Made by a program: the position numbers and the translations under genes. A stretch of 63,993 nt of DNA, counting the filler. It is 9 parts of 9 records of this genome, joined end to end, with 100 filler letters (N's around TTAATTAATTAA, not from the genome) between each part and the next. Parts side by side here need not be neighbours in the genome. Positions count along the whole stretch, not along the records: positions 23,834 to 29,998 come from SRR7504441_6170; positions 30,099 to 38,854 come from SRR7504441_6173; 7 more parts are not named here. The stretch is one strand, 5' to 3'. The notes under the pieces are model-generated. The model made no database searches and had not been told where the DNA came from. It saw nothing but the letters and a program-made list of their open reading frames with translations. Within the stretch, counting starts at the first letter, position 1, and every line of letters begins with the position of its first letter. Of the stretch, positions 25,238-36,285 are shown piece after piece.

Positions 25238-26367
25238 TCAGAGTTTGCTAGACAACCCAACGGGGCTATCCGCCACGATGGTCGTACGCCACATCTCCCT
25301 CGCGTACCGATCCGAGTCAAACCCGGTGGCGCAATGCACTGTCCCAGCCCGCTCACCCCCACAGTCAGCTGCACGCACCGGTGCTGCGATTGTCCCAAAT
25401 CACGCAATCTCCCGGCTGCCACTGCCACTTGATTACGAATCTTCTCTCAGTCACGTGCGGCAGCATCGACCGCCATTCCCGCTCCACCTGCCGGTCACGC
25501 TCGCCCGGGCCGATCACCGAGGCGCACGCTCGGGCATTCAAACACGTCGAGTTCAAACTTGTCCATCTCAGCTTGGCTGATCTGCTGACCTCGAGGCAGC
25601 ACGGCGCACGTAGACGAGTTAAATCCGTACAGCCCCTTCCGGCCAGTCACTGGATGCCGCAGCACCACAGGCACCTGTCCCCAGGTCGGATTACGGGCTG
25701 GCCGCGGGCTCACTCGCTGCGCCGGGTTGGCTGCTCTGTCATCAGGTGAGAGGGTTGGGTAGTCAGGGGAGCGCTGGTGGCACTTGGCGTCGTGGTGGGT
25801 CAGCGAACAGATGCACTCCAGCTGCTCCAGCTCCTGCCGCCGCCTCTCTGGCAGTGCAGCGAACGCGGCCACAGTGTCTGCGAAGCAGGTGGCGCCACCG
25901 GTCGGAGGGGCTTGCTTGCAGAAGAGCGCCGAACCGATCGGGGGGCGACGGCGGAAGGTGCTGTCGGTGTGCCACACAGGGGACCGGTCGTGCGGTCTGT
26001 ACTGGGCCGAGCCGTCCGGCGGGAGCGGCTGGTTGTTCGATTTGAGGGAGACCAGCCTGCCGTCGCTGTCGCAGATGTTGCCGATCCGCATCACCGATTG
26101 GCAGCCGTCGACGCACAGGTGGCGCTTGCTACTGTCCAACTCGGTCTCCAACTCGCCGAATACCTGGCTCACGGCCGCCAGCTCGTGGGCAGTCAGCTCG
26201 TGCAGGCCGCGTATTACCAGCAGCCCACCGTGCCGGCGCCAGGCTCCCAGCAGCGCCCGTTGGGCCTCTGCCGAGCCCAGGATCTGGCCCGCTGAGCTGT
26301 AGCCCTCCACCAGCGCCCCGAACCCGCCCTGGATTGCACCGATGGTCACCTTGTTGGCTTCCCGCAT
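25238..26367 (-). CDS. TauD/TfdA-family alpha-ketoglutarate dioxygenase with C-terminal PTS1 (SKL)
   Basis: WHTDSTF, GGATCFADTVAAF, LRHPVTGRK, WQPGDCVIWDNRST|VHCATG, REMWRTT...SSKL*. Confidence 0.9.
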
Positions 26368-26420
26368 TTCTTCCGTTGTGCTGATTATGTAATAACGGCA
26401 ATCGGGCCTGAATTCAAGAA

Positions 26421-28913
26421 ATGCGCACAGGCTTGCTCTTGGTGATGTTCTGGATGGTTCGGGATGGGCAGGCTCACCGGCGAGCGAGCAGCGGGGCCGC
26501 CCCGTTCGCCCGGCCAGGCCCGGCCCGCCCTCCGTTCGTGAGCACCCCGCGCTCGCCCCGGCACCCCGCAGGGCTGCCCCCGGTCCAATACAGGCACCCT
26601 CGCCGGCTGACCCGCTTCCTCGACTTCACCATGTAACCCCTCCCGACGGGCCGAGCAACGATGTGCGCCCGGCAGGAACAACGAGCCGTACGGCAGCCCG
26701 GCCGACATGCGGCACCTCAACCTCTCCTCATGGTACAGCGAGGTGACGCCCAGCGTGACCGCCGAACGACTGGCCTCGATAGCCGCCAGCCTCAAATGCG
26801 ACGCATTCGAGTATGACGGTACCAGCCCGGCCTGGCCCCGGACTGAGTCCCGGCAGTGCTGAATGATGGGTCTGGCACCGACGCTGGGAACGGCCACCTC
26901 GCATACCTGAGTGAAGCCGGCCCGGCTTACCCTCAGCTTGTGGCCAAAAAGTGCGACTTCTTCGGCGAACTGAACGCCGCGCTCCGGCAGCGGGGGATTG
27001 AGGTGTTCGTGTACATGCCGATCGCATACAACCACCATTTTACGCTCGAGCATCCGGAGGCAGGCTGGTTGTACCGTAATAAGAGCTCGGGACGGGTACC
27101 GCGCCCTATGAACATCAGCTGCGTTAATTACCCGGGCTACATCGACCAAGTGGCGAGCTACACGGCGGAGGTGATACGGCGGTACAATCCGGCGGCGCTG
27201 CGGTACGATGGCTTTCAGATGACGATCGATCATCACTGCGAAGGCTGTCGCCAATTCTATCGTGAATTGTACAACGAGGAGTTGCCTGAAGTATGGGCCC
27301 CTTCACAGTGGCGCCGCCAGTATGACTTCCAGCGGGCGAGCACCACGCGAGCTATCCGAGTGCTCCGCGAGACGGCGGTGCGCTTGAACCCAGATATCCT
27401 TACCTGGGCTAACGGGATTATGGACAATGAAGATTGGGAGCTTAACTCATTCGACGCGATGCGCGCCAGTCTGAACACGGGATTCAACGAGGGGGGCGGC
27501 ACTGATTGGGTCGAAGGGCTGTTCGGGCAGATGCTCATGCTTGGAATGGTGCATAAAGATCCGTCCGGGCCGCCGTCAAGCTGCGTGGCAGGACAGTGGA
27601 TGCAAGACAAGTTCGCAGGGCACCGCGTCATTTTCGCAGTGCTCAACGGGATCTTGTACGAATACTCCGGGCTGCCGATACAGACCGCGCTGCCTGAGCT
27701 GACTCCGGCGTATGTAGACTTGGTGCAGACTGTTTATGGCGTGGTCGAGGACTTGGACCCGCTGTTGCAAAGCTCTAGGCTACCTCGCACCGTGGCTCTC
27801 GTGTACTCGGAGGCCACCAGGCTGCGCTATTTTCACTACGCGCGGGAGGGTTACTTGCGCGGTCTACAGGCGCTCTGGGCCATGATGTTTAGGGCGAACG
27901 TGCTAGTACAAGTCATTAGTTCAGCTGACCTTATCGGCGTGACCGCTTCAGACTGGCCTGTGGTGGTGCTGGCAGAGACGAGCGGACTCACAGTCGCCCA
28001 GAGCGATGCGCTCGAGCAGTACGTGTCCTCCGGAGGGCGGCTTGTGATCGCGGGCGACGCGCTGCTGTATGGCGCAGACGGCTCGCAAGACAGTTCAGCG
28101 GCTGCACGGATGGCTGAGTGGGTAGGGGCCGAGTACCAGGTGCGTGGAGGGCGGCCCAGTGAGACTTGCAGCTGCGAAGGTTCGGCTGGATTTGAGATAG
28201 AGGTCACAACTGGCAAGCAGCGATTCGGGGCAGGCCCTAGCTGCTGGCTCACGGCTACGCCGGTCGGAGGCGCAGTTGTTGCAGTTTCAGCCAGGATTTC
28301 CCGTGTAGAAGACCCGCACAATCCGGCGTTTGTGAGATGCTGCGACACGCCAGAATCGTGCCCCTGGCTTGAGGATGTGCCGTTGGTCATAAGCAACAAG
28401 CACGGGAAGGGGGAGGTCCGCACCGTGCTGTGGAGGAACGACGCGTCGTGCAATCTCCGGGGCGATCCGTGTCCGGAGTGCCCTCACGGAGACTACCGGC
28501 GTACCCCATCCGGGGGCGGCTGCTGTGGCGGCCAGACCAACTCGACCGATATTCTGTTTGCTCAAGTCATGGAGCTGCTCCGGGGCACGGGCGGCATTCC
28601 CGCACATGCTGTCGGTCTGCCGAGCAGTCAGGAAGATCCAGACTTCCTTTTGACGATGCAAGACCTCAATGCTTCGGGGTTTGACCGATCTGCTCCAGTG
28701 GTGCGATTCAATCTCTATCTCACCTCGGACGCACCGGTGATTGTCGACGTGTGCGGTGCTTCTGTTGGGATCCTTTCGCAGTACCCGGCTGAAGGTTGGA
28801 CTGTGCACGCCGAGAGACCCACGGGATCTGCGTGCGGTGAGGACAGGTCGGTGACTCGTGTGGTGGTGAGCAACACTGGCAATATCTCCAATAGGGTGGT
28901 GGTCCTCGCCTAG
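26421..28913 (+). CDS. Secreted glycoside-hydrolase-like protein (TIM barrel plus beta-galactosidase trimerisation/GATase-like domain)
   Basis: Signal-like N-terminus; DFFGELNAALRQRGIEVFVY, HPEAGW, CVNYPGY...RYNPAALRYDG, VALVYSEAT, LEQYVSSGGRLVI; short 5' introns. Confidence 0.7.
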
Positions 28914-29116
28914 TTGTCGTATGCGCGTGGTCAGTCAGGATTCTTACGTACGATTCTGAACTAGATCAGAATCTAAGGCTACGAATGATAAGTTCTAGAT
29001 AGTGCTCGATGCGTGTTGAACTACAATGAATGTTAAATGAATGTCATGATTGTTACAATATGTAATAAATCAATCAGATCGCATTCTATCAGTAGTCTTT
29101 GTCTTAGTAACCCTAT

Positions 29117-29998
29117 CTAAATCGCGGATAGCGATTGATGCGGCGGGTCCGCCTCTATCTTCACGGTCCATGCACCGAGCGCATCCGGATCTGCCTTGAT
29201 CACACACGTCACAAGACAATCCACCAAATAATCTGCCAGGTCGATTGCATCTCGGCGTGCATCTTTGGACCCTTCATCGGTCAGGTCAACCACTTCCACC
29301 ACTTCGCTTGAAAGATTCTCTTGTGGTTGTCGGATCTGTGGTGGCACTTCGCTGCCTAAAGCGCTATAGTAGTGCTTTAGGCAGCGAAGGCACCACAGCA
29401 GCTCTGTTTTTTCGCCTTGTGCCTCTAGTGCGATCAGCTTTTCTGTGAGCTCAGGTCGCCTCAGGTTCTCCACTAGCCTAACGCCATTCGTCTGACGAGC
29501 CGTGAGCCGGATACAGCCACTGCGCGACACCGATTCGCGGACGCTGTGCACCGATGTTGACGGCTTCAGGAAGTGGTCGCACAAGTCTTGATACTCGGTC
29601 TCGTCGAACGGCTGAAGCCGGAGAGCCTCGTAGGGGCCCTGTGCTGCGGCGGACTCCGTTTTAATACCCGGGCAGGGCACACCCATGTCGGGCTCCAACG
29701 CCGCAGTCACGGCAACTTCAGCACTGACCTGCGGCTCTGCAGACCTCTGTTGCTCTGCCGCGAGTGCATCTGCCTGAAGCTGGCGCCTGCGCTTGGCTCG
29801 GCTCTGAAGCTGCTCGAACAGGTCATCTCGCTCATCCTCCACTATGTTCTCATCACTCGCGTTGAAGAAGCTATCTCCCGGTTCATTGTGATCGGGCTGC
29901 TCAGGTGGGTCGTCAGCTGGCTGACACAGCGCCTCGGGAGCCTTGCGCTTCCGACCCGTGCTCTGTCTGCACTCCTTGCACCGGTCCCGCCTTCGGCC
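29117..29998 (-). CDS. Hypothetical protein (5' end uncertain or partial)
   Basis: 241-codon ORF with coiled coil and EVVDLTDE motif, followed by an AT-rich 3' region. Confidence 0.45.
   Translation of the reverse strand, partial: GRRRDRCKECRQSTGRKRKAPEALCQPADDPPEQPDHNEPGDSFFNASDENIVEDERDDLFEQLQSRAKRRRQLQADALAAEQQRSAEPQVSAEVAVTAALEPDMGVPCPGIKTESAAAQGPYEALRLQPFDETEYQDLCDHFLKPSTSVHSVRESVSRSGCIRLTARQTNGVRLVENLRRPELTEKLIALEAQGEKTELLWCLRCLKHYYSALGSEVPPQIRQPQENLSSEVVEVVDLTDEGSKDARRDAIDLADYLVDCLVTCVIKADPDALGAWTVKIEADPPHQSLSAI
29336..29398. repeat. Long near-perfect inverted repeat (hairpin)
   Basis: CTGTGGTG-gca-CTTCGCTGCCTAAAGC-gcta-tag-tagt-GCTTTAGGCAGCGAAG-g-CACCACAG: 16-bp perfect core plus 8-bp outer arm. 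Confidence 0.9.
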
Positions 29999-30098
29999 NN
30001 NNNNNNNNNNNNNNNNNNNNNNNNNNNNNNNNNNNNNNNNNNTTAATTAATTAANNNNNNNNNNNNNNNNNNNNNNNNNNNNNNNNNNNNNNNNNNNN

Positions 30099-30797
30099 CC
30101 CCCCCGGCTGACATGAGGTGCCAGGACCATTCGGAGCCAACATCGCCTTCGCCATCCGGGCGCGCGTGGTCAACCTGCGTGACATGGGCATGTGCCAGAA
30201 CCCGTTCGGTCCGTTCCGGCCCAGCTGGCAAAGCTGAGTGCTGCCCAGGCTCGTTCCTGTTGGTCCAGGGTCTGGAGACGCTTTGCCTTCGCGGACGGGC
30301 GCACTGCGAGAACGCCAACGCGGTGGCCGCCTGGCTCAAGGACCACCCCGACTGCGCCTGGGTCTCCCACCCTTCTATCTCCGACCACGCGTGCGCCCAG
30401 TAGCCTTGCGTGCCGGCTGACAGCCAGGGCCAGCGGGCATGCGTGTGCTTCCAAGTACTTCCGGCCGGGCTGCTTCGGCGCGGTGCTCAGGTGCGCTCAG
30501 GCCGAACCTGCCAGCTGACTGCGGCGCAGCTTTGGCGTCAAGGCTGCTGATGGCAACGGGCTCGAGGCAGGCAAGAAGTTCACTGATGCGCTTGAGTTGA
30601 CCTCCAACCTGGCTAACGTGGGGGATGCCAAGACCCTGATCATTCACCCGGCGAGCACCACGCACGAGCAGCTGAGCCCGGAGGAGCGGGTCGGCTCTGG
30701 CGTGTCTGACGACATGCTCCGGCTTTCTGTTGGGTTTGAAGACCTGGAAGATATCAAGGCTGACCTGCAGAAGGGCTTTGACGCGATGAAGGCCTAA
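30099..30797 (+). CDS. MET17: O-acetylhomoserine/O-acetylserine sulfhydrylase, C-terminal part (5' partial)
   Basis: [68 protein letters not shown]; 3 introns of 39-43 nt. Confidence 0.9.
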
Positions 30798-31307
30798 GCA
30801 AGCGCCAGACAAGTGGCCCGGCCCGTGTCCTGCTGATCGTCGCTCGGAAATTTCCAGCTCAGACTCTCCTTATATAGCACTCCCTTTGGCATGATTTTAT
30901 ACCGGGTGATGCTCATGACTCTACGTACAAGTTGTAGTTCCATATGAAGAACAACTTCAACTATAGGAAGGTAGTGAGTACCAGTGTGAGTACGAGATAC
31001 AAAATCTTGAATTATAGTAAACATGTGTGAACCTGACCTGCCATTAAGCTTATAAACGCTTATCTTCGTCATGAACGATCGTCTCATTCCCCGCCCCAAA
31101 GACCCTACTGTACTAACTGTAGCCAGCATGAGCCACTGAGTTGTAGCCAGCTGGGCTTGCAAGCCACATACGCACAATCATAATCATATTAATTAAGTGC
31201 CGCACGTGCCATCAATCTACGGGCATCGATATCGTTAAATATTAAGCATCGGGTGAGCCGATCGAGCGTGGTTTTATGTAAAGTCCAACTTGAAAGTCCG
31301 AGCACCT

Positions 31308-34191
31308 CTACTTAAACACCTTGTGCTTCTTCTTGGGGCGAATGCTTTTAAGCTGCTCCCCAAAGAACGCCGCGTTGCTGCCCAGCTCAAGCTCCTGCCG
31401 CATGAACTGCATCGCGGCCACATTCTTCCCGACCATCAGCTTGAGCGCCCGCAGTTTGCCCCGGGCCAGCTGCATCAGCTCCTCCAGTTCGTTCAACACG
31501 TCCCGCTGCCCGACCATGATCTGCCGGTGGTGCAGTCGGAGCACAAAGAACAGCGCCTTGCAGCAGAGCTCTACCTGCACCCCCTCCGCCAGCCAGGCCT
31601 TGATATGCTTCAGCAAATACAGCGCGCTCGCAAATGGCAGCAGCAGCAGCGAATGCTCGAGCGCCGCCGCCGAGGTGCCGCTGAGCGTCTTGATCAGATG
31701 GTCAGGCCCGGTCTGGCCCAGCAGGAGGATGTTAGGCTCTGGTATGGTCGGTTCCTCATACGGCTTGCCCAGCGCCTCGGCTGCGTGCTGGGCCGCCTCG
31801 ATTGCTTTCTCGTGGCCTACATGTCGCGCCTCGTCCTCCTCGGCCAGCTCAAGAGCTTCAAACAGCCGCTCACTAGCCATCAGTGTCTCCGAGCTGGTCT
31901 TGGCAGCCGGTGCCGACTCGGCGGCTGGGTCGGTGGCGGCCCCGTCCTTGTCGAGGTTTGCCTCGAACAGCTCTTGCAGCGCGTTCTCACGTTCCTCTTC
32001 GATGAACACCTGGTCGTCTGTCCGCTGCCAGTACCGTATCGAGCGGTCGTTAGACACGGTGAGTGCAAAGTCGCCCACGTGGCTCACAGCCACTCCCCAC
32101 ACCTGCCCCGGCTCACCCACGGGGCTGCCGGCCGGGGGAAGACCTCGGCGTGGTGGGCGGGCATTGCCATGACCATCTCGCGCGAGTCACCGTCCCAATA
32201 CTTGACCATTTTGTCCTTCCCCGTGGAGAAAAAGTAGTGCGATCCAGGTACAAACTTGACCGAGGTGACCGAATCGTCGTGCGCGTGCAGCGACTTGTGC
32301 AGGTCTCCAAAGTCCAGCCCCCACAGCTTAATGCCTGCCCAGGGCGTCAAACCGCCAGGCTCCGGCCGCACTCTTGTCAGCAGAGCCCGTAGCGAGCAAT
32401 GTGCAGTCATCAGACGCGTCGAGCGCGAGCACAGGCAGCTTGTGCCCGTACAGCGAGAGGAAGAACTTGAGCGACTCCTCCAGGAACACTTTGACGGTGC
32501 TGTCCAGCATCGCCACGCACACCAGCCGGCTGTCCCTTGTGAGAGTGACTGCGAGAACTTCGTCCGACATGTTCATCGAGTGAAACGGGACCAGTTCCAG
32601 CCTCTTCTCGGCCCCACCGGCCAGCCCGAGCTTCCAAAACCGCACCACCTGCCCCCGAGCTCGCCGCCGGCCAGGCAGGCCCGGGGTGCCTTGTCGGCGC
32701 CTCCGCTGATCACAGTCTTGCCATCTCGTGAGCAGCAGAGCGTCCAGACGTTCCCGGAGTGGGCCTCCTCGAGCTTGTGTGAGACCGACCCAGCCGCCAC
32801 GTCGCACACAGTGAGCGAGCCGTCCTTGGATCCAACCACCAGGTGGTTGTAGCTCCCCACCACAAACACAGCGCACAGAGCTTGCGGCGTCTCGAGAGTC
32901 TGGACCAGCCGCAGTCCGTCGACAGCCCACACTTTGGCGCCGTCGTTGGCACACGTCACTAGGTGCGAGCTGTCCGACGACAGGGCCAGGGCTCGCACAC
33001 CTGCCCGCACTCGCCGGGGGGCGGGCTGCACGAGCCACCGGAGCGATGACCCATCCGTTCGATTGTGCTCACTCGCTTTCCGGTGTCTTTACTCGTCCTG
33101 TAAACGCAGACCGAGTTGTCGTGCAGCGCCAGCAGCATCTGCGAGCCGTCCGCCCCCCAGCTGAACGACCGGGCCCGGGTCCTAACCGCCACTGTGCACA
33201 CTTTCCCCAACTGCGGCCCCGGCTTGCCCCCAGCCAGCCAGCGACCCGCACCTCGAGGGTCGCAGTCTGCCCGCTTTCTTCCTCAGGAGGGGCCGCCCCA
33301 GCCTCGGCCGCCTTCTTCTTCTGCTGCCGCACCCTCTTGGCTCGCCGCCGGTCCACTTCGTCAGCGGGCCGCACTTTGAACACCTCGACGGCTCTGTCCG
33401 CACCTGCCTACCCTCACCCCCGCCCCCCCCGCAGCCGCACCCAGACAGCCCAGCTCGGCCCCAGTCGCCGGGTGGAACCGGACCATCACCGCTCTGTCGC
33501 GCGACTGTCGGTTCAAGCTGCCTAGAGAGGTTACTCCATCGGGCTGCCCGAGGTTGGTTGTGTCGTACAGTCTGAGCTCGCTGTCGTCGGAGCCTGTGGC
33601 CAGCCGAGTGCCGGCTGGGTTCACATCCAGAGTCCAGACCGGGTGCCGGTGCCCAACCACGGTCTGCACACAGTGCTGGGCCTCGAGGTTCCACACTTTG
33701 AGCAGACAGTCTTTGCTGCCCGAGACCAGCTGCCCACGCACGAACGCCAAATCGGTCACCCCGTCCTTGTGCCCCTTCAGCCGGTAAAGCCCGGCCTCGG
33801 CCACCACGTCCCACACGATGATGTCCGTGTCCTTGCCGCCCGACCCGAGCAGCGCGCCCGAGCTGTTGTAGCGCAGCGCAGTCACAGCCGACCGATGCCC
33901 GTGAAGCACCACCCCGGCCGACCCGTCCAGCCCCCAGGTGCGCACCGACCCGTCGCCGTGCCCGGCCGCCAGCTGGGCGGTCCCGGTGCAGAGCGCCAGC
34001 CGGGTCACTTCGGATTTGCTCCCGGCCAGCCTGTGGGCCGGGGTGGCCTTCTTCAAATCCCAAAGCACCACGTCCTCAAGCGCTGGGGTGGCCAGCAGGT
34101 TGGTGGAAGGGTCCCAGCAGGCATTCGAACCCGGCGAGCTGATCAGCCCGCCCGTCTGCTTGAGCTCGTAGCGAAGGTAAGACTTCACCAT
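31308..34191 (-). CDS. WDR3: U3 snoRNP WD40 protein UTP12/DIP2/WDR3
   Basis: Starts MVKSYLRY; WD40 repeats; LKFFLSLYGHKLPV, IKLWGLDFGDLHKSLHAH; Utp12 C-terminal domain LLLLPF. Confidence 0.95.
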
Positions 34192-34264
34192 CCGCGCGCC
34201 AAGTCGGCGTGGCGGCCGGCGTAAATGCCGTTGGAGTCGGTGCGGGCTGCGGGGGGACCCTGAG

Positions 34265-36025
34265 ATGGAGGCTCGGTGGCTGGCACTCGTGCTGGCCGCG
34301 CTGGTGGGCGGGTCACTGCTGGCGCTGGAGCTGCGGTCAGAGCCGGCCGAGTCCCGGTGGCGCGGCAGCCTGACCAGCCAGGCCGAGCAGAGCCAGAAGG
34401 CGGCCACTGACACGGCCCTCCGACGGCTGGGCGAGGCGCTTGCCGGGCACACCAGGGCACGGTCTGCCGGTGTGCGGGCTGTGGAGCAGAAGCAGGCGGC
34501 AGCCTTAGACAGAGCGGCCAGAGCGGAGGCGGACAGGGCGGTTAAGGAGGCGGAGCTGAAGGTTAAGGACGCGGCGAGCGGCGCCAAGCTGCAGGCGGAT
34601 ACGGCGGTGGTGGCGGCCCAGCTGCGGGCGGATACGGAGGTGACCAGGGTCAAGCTGCAGGCGGACACGGAGGTAGCGGCGGCCCTGCTGCGAGTGAGGC
34701 GGCTCGAGTCGCGGAATGCGGAGCTGGAGGCGGAGCTGAAGAAGCTACAGCAGATGTCGCAGCCAGCACGGTCGCCTGGGGAAGATGAACCGACCAGCCC
34801 CGGGCGGCCGAGCCAGCTGCGGCATACGCTCTGGCTTTATTTCAATATGCAGGTGTCGCGGCGGGTGAGGAGAAACGTGTGGGATCTAGGGTGCTGCGAT
34901 GAGGTGGCTATTGCTCCCATTCTGAGAGCAGTATACGACAAGTTATACATTGTCGCCCGCACCACAAAGGCTGGACCTCTGAGGGGCAGATTCCCTGCGA
35001 GGACCTTGATCGATGTCGGCGCCAATGACGGGCAGGAGGCCACTGCGCTCCTCAGTGCTTTCCACACAACACACACGGCCGCCATGTGCTACGGCGTCCG
35101 GCACAGCGGCGTGGGCGAGCCAGTGTTCCGTGTGATCTCGTTCGAGCCATCGGTGGCACTACAGGCCAGAGCTCCCACGGTGTGAGGATGAAGCAGATAT
35201 ATCCGAACGAATCCATCAACTGCGCGATGGGCTTGATCCACATCCCGACTTCAAAGATGACAAACGTGATTCTCTGCGCCTCGAGCAGCTGGCTCGCACC
35301 CTGGAGAACGTTGAAGTCACCACCCTCGGCGTCCACCTTGAGGCAAAAGATATCGTCCAATGTCCGGACGCACCTAGGGTGCTGGTGCTCGCATGGCAAC
35401 TTGCTGCTGCCCGTTTTGAGGCCTATGTCGCTATAAGCATTATCGAGTGTGAAAGAGAGGACGTTGACGGCTGTTGGCTGGCCGGTCGATGGCTTACACC
35501 TCTGAGACGACTCAAACACTTGCTCAAACATCTTGGAGCTGGCCCTACCAGGCGCCCCGCCAGCTTTTATGCTGCCTCCCTCATTGCCGACGTCGCTGAA
35601 TTGCACTTCCACTTCGACATTTGACAGCGCGATCTGAAAAGCATAAAATGTGGGGGCAGTCAGATTCCTCTGCTCGGCCAAAGCTCTCAGCCTGCAGAAT
35701 ACAGTCGGGCCGCAACGCTTCGACATCCCGCCCGACGTGGTGGTATCCCCACCTGGACAACATTGAGGATGCGAGTGGCCCAGCCGTGCTAGGAACGTCC
35801 GAGGGCAACCTTAAGATAACATGGTGGGGCAACGGCATCTGCGGCATACGAGGCAGCACGTCTTTGGAGATCTTCTGGCGGATGTATCACAGCACCAGCG
35901 AGGAGGTTCGCCGAGGCTTCCTCGAGCCCTACGATAACACGCCGTACAACCGGAGCGAGATAGATGCAGTATTCGAGGCCAAGGGGCACAAACTGCACTT
36001 AGCGGATGCATTTCACTTGTTATGA
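34265..36025 (+). CDS. Membrane-anchored FkbM-family (Methyltransf_21) methyltransferase; segment ~35153-35708 is coded on the minus strand
   Basis: Plus strand: TM, coiled coil, IDVGANDG, VISFEPS. Minus segment: PTVFCRL...IALSN...TLDN...LKVDAEGGDFNVLQGA...FVIFE...GYICF...LWPV. Plus strand resumes: WWYPHLD...WWGNGICG. Confidence 0.85.
34586..34684 (+). repeat. 33-bp (11-aa, hendecad) tandem repeat x3 in coiled-coil stalk
   Basis: KLQADTAVVAA / QLRADTEVTRV / KLQADTEVAAA. Confidence 0.8.
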
Positions 36026-36285
36026 CATTGTCATGAACCAGAACAATCATTATGATTAAGTTTGCGATGTAGACAGATGTAAATATCTAGATCTACGAGC
36101 AATCATCTGTCTACAACTGTCATGACAGCTGTCTACTGATCATGATCAAGTGATCAGTCAGGAAGCCTCATCAATCGACTCAACCTCGAACCTCGAGCTA
36201 TCATTATCTAGTCCGCTGCTGAGAGCCTCGCCGGCTCGGTAAGACTGCGTCCGTTACTCGTATTGGCGCCACCCGCCCGAGAGCG

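Noticed and set aside
35140-35720. Trans-splicing as the explanation of the opposite-strand segments
   Set aside because: The frame-restoring breakpoints do not coincide with donor and acceptor dinucleotides.
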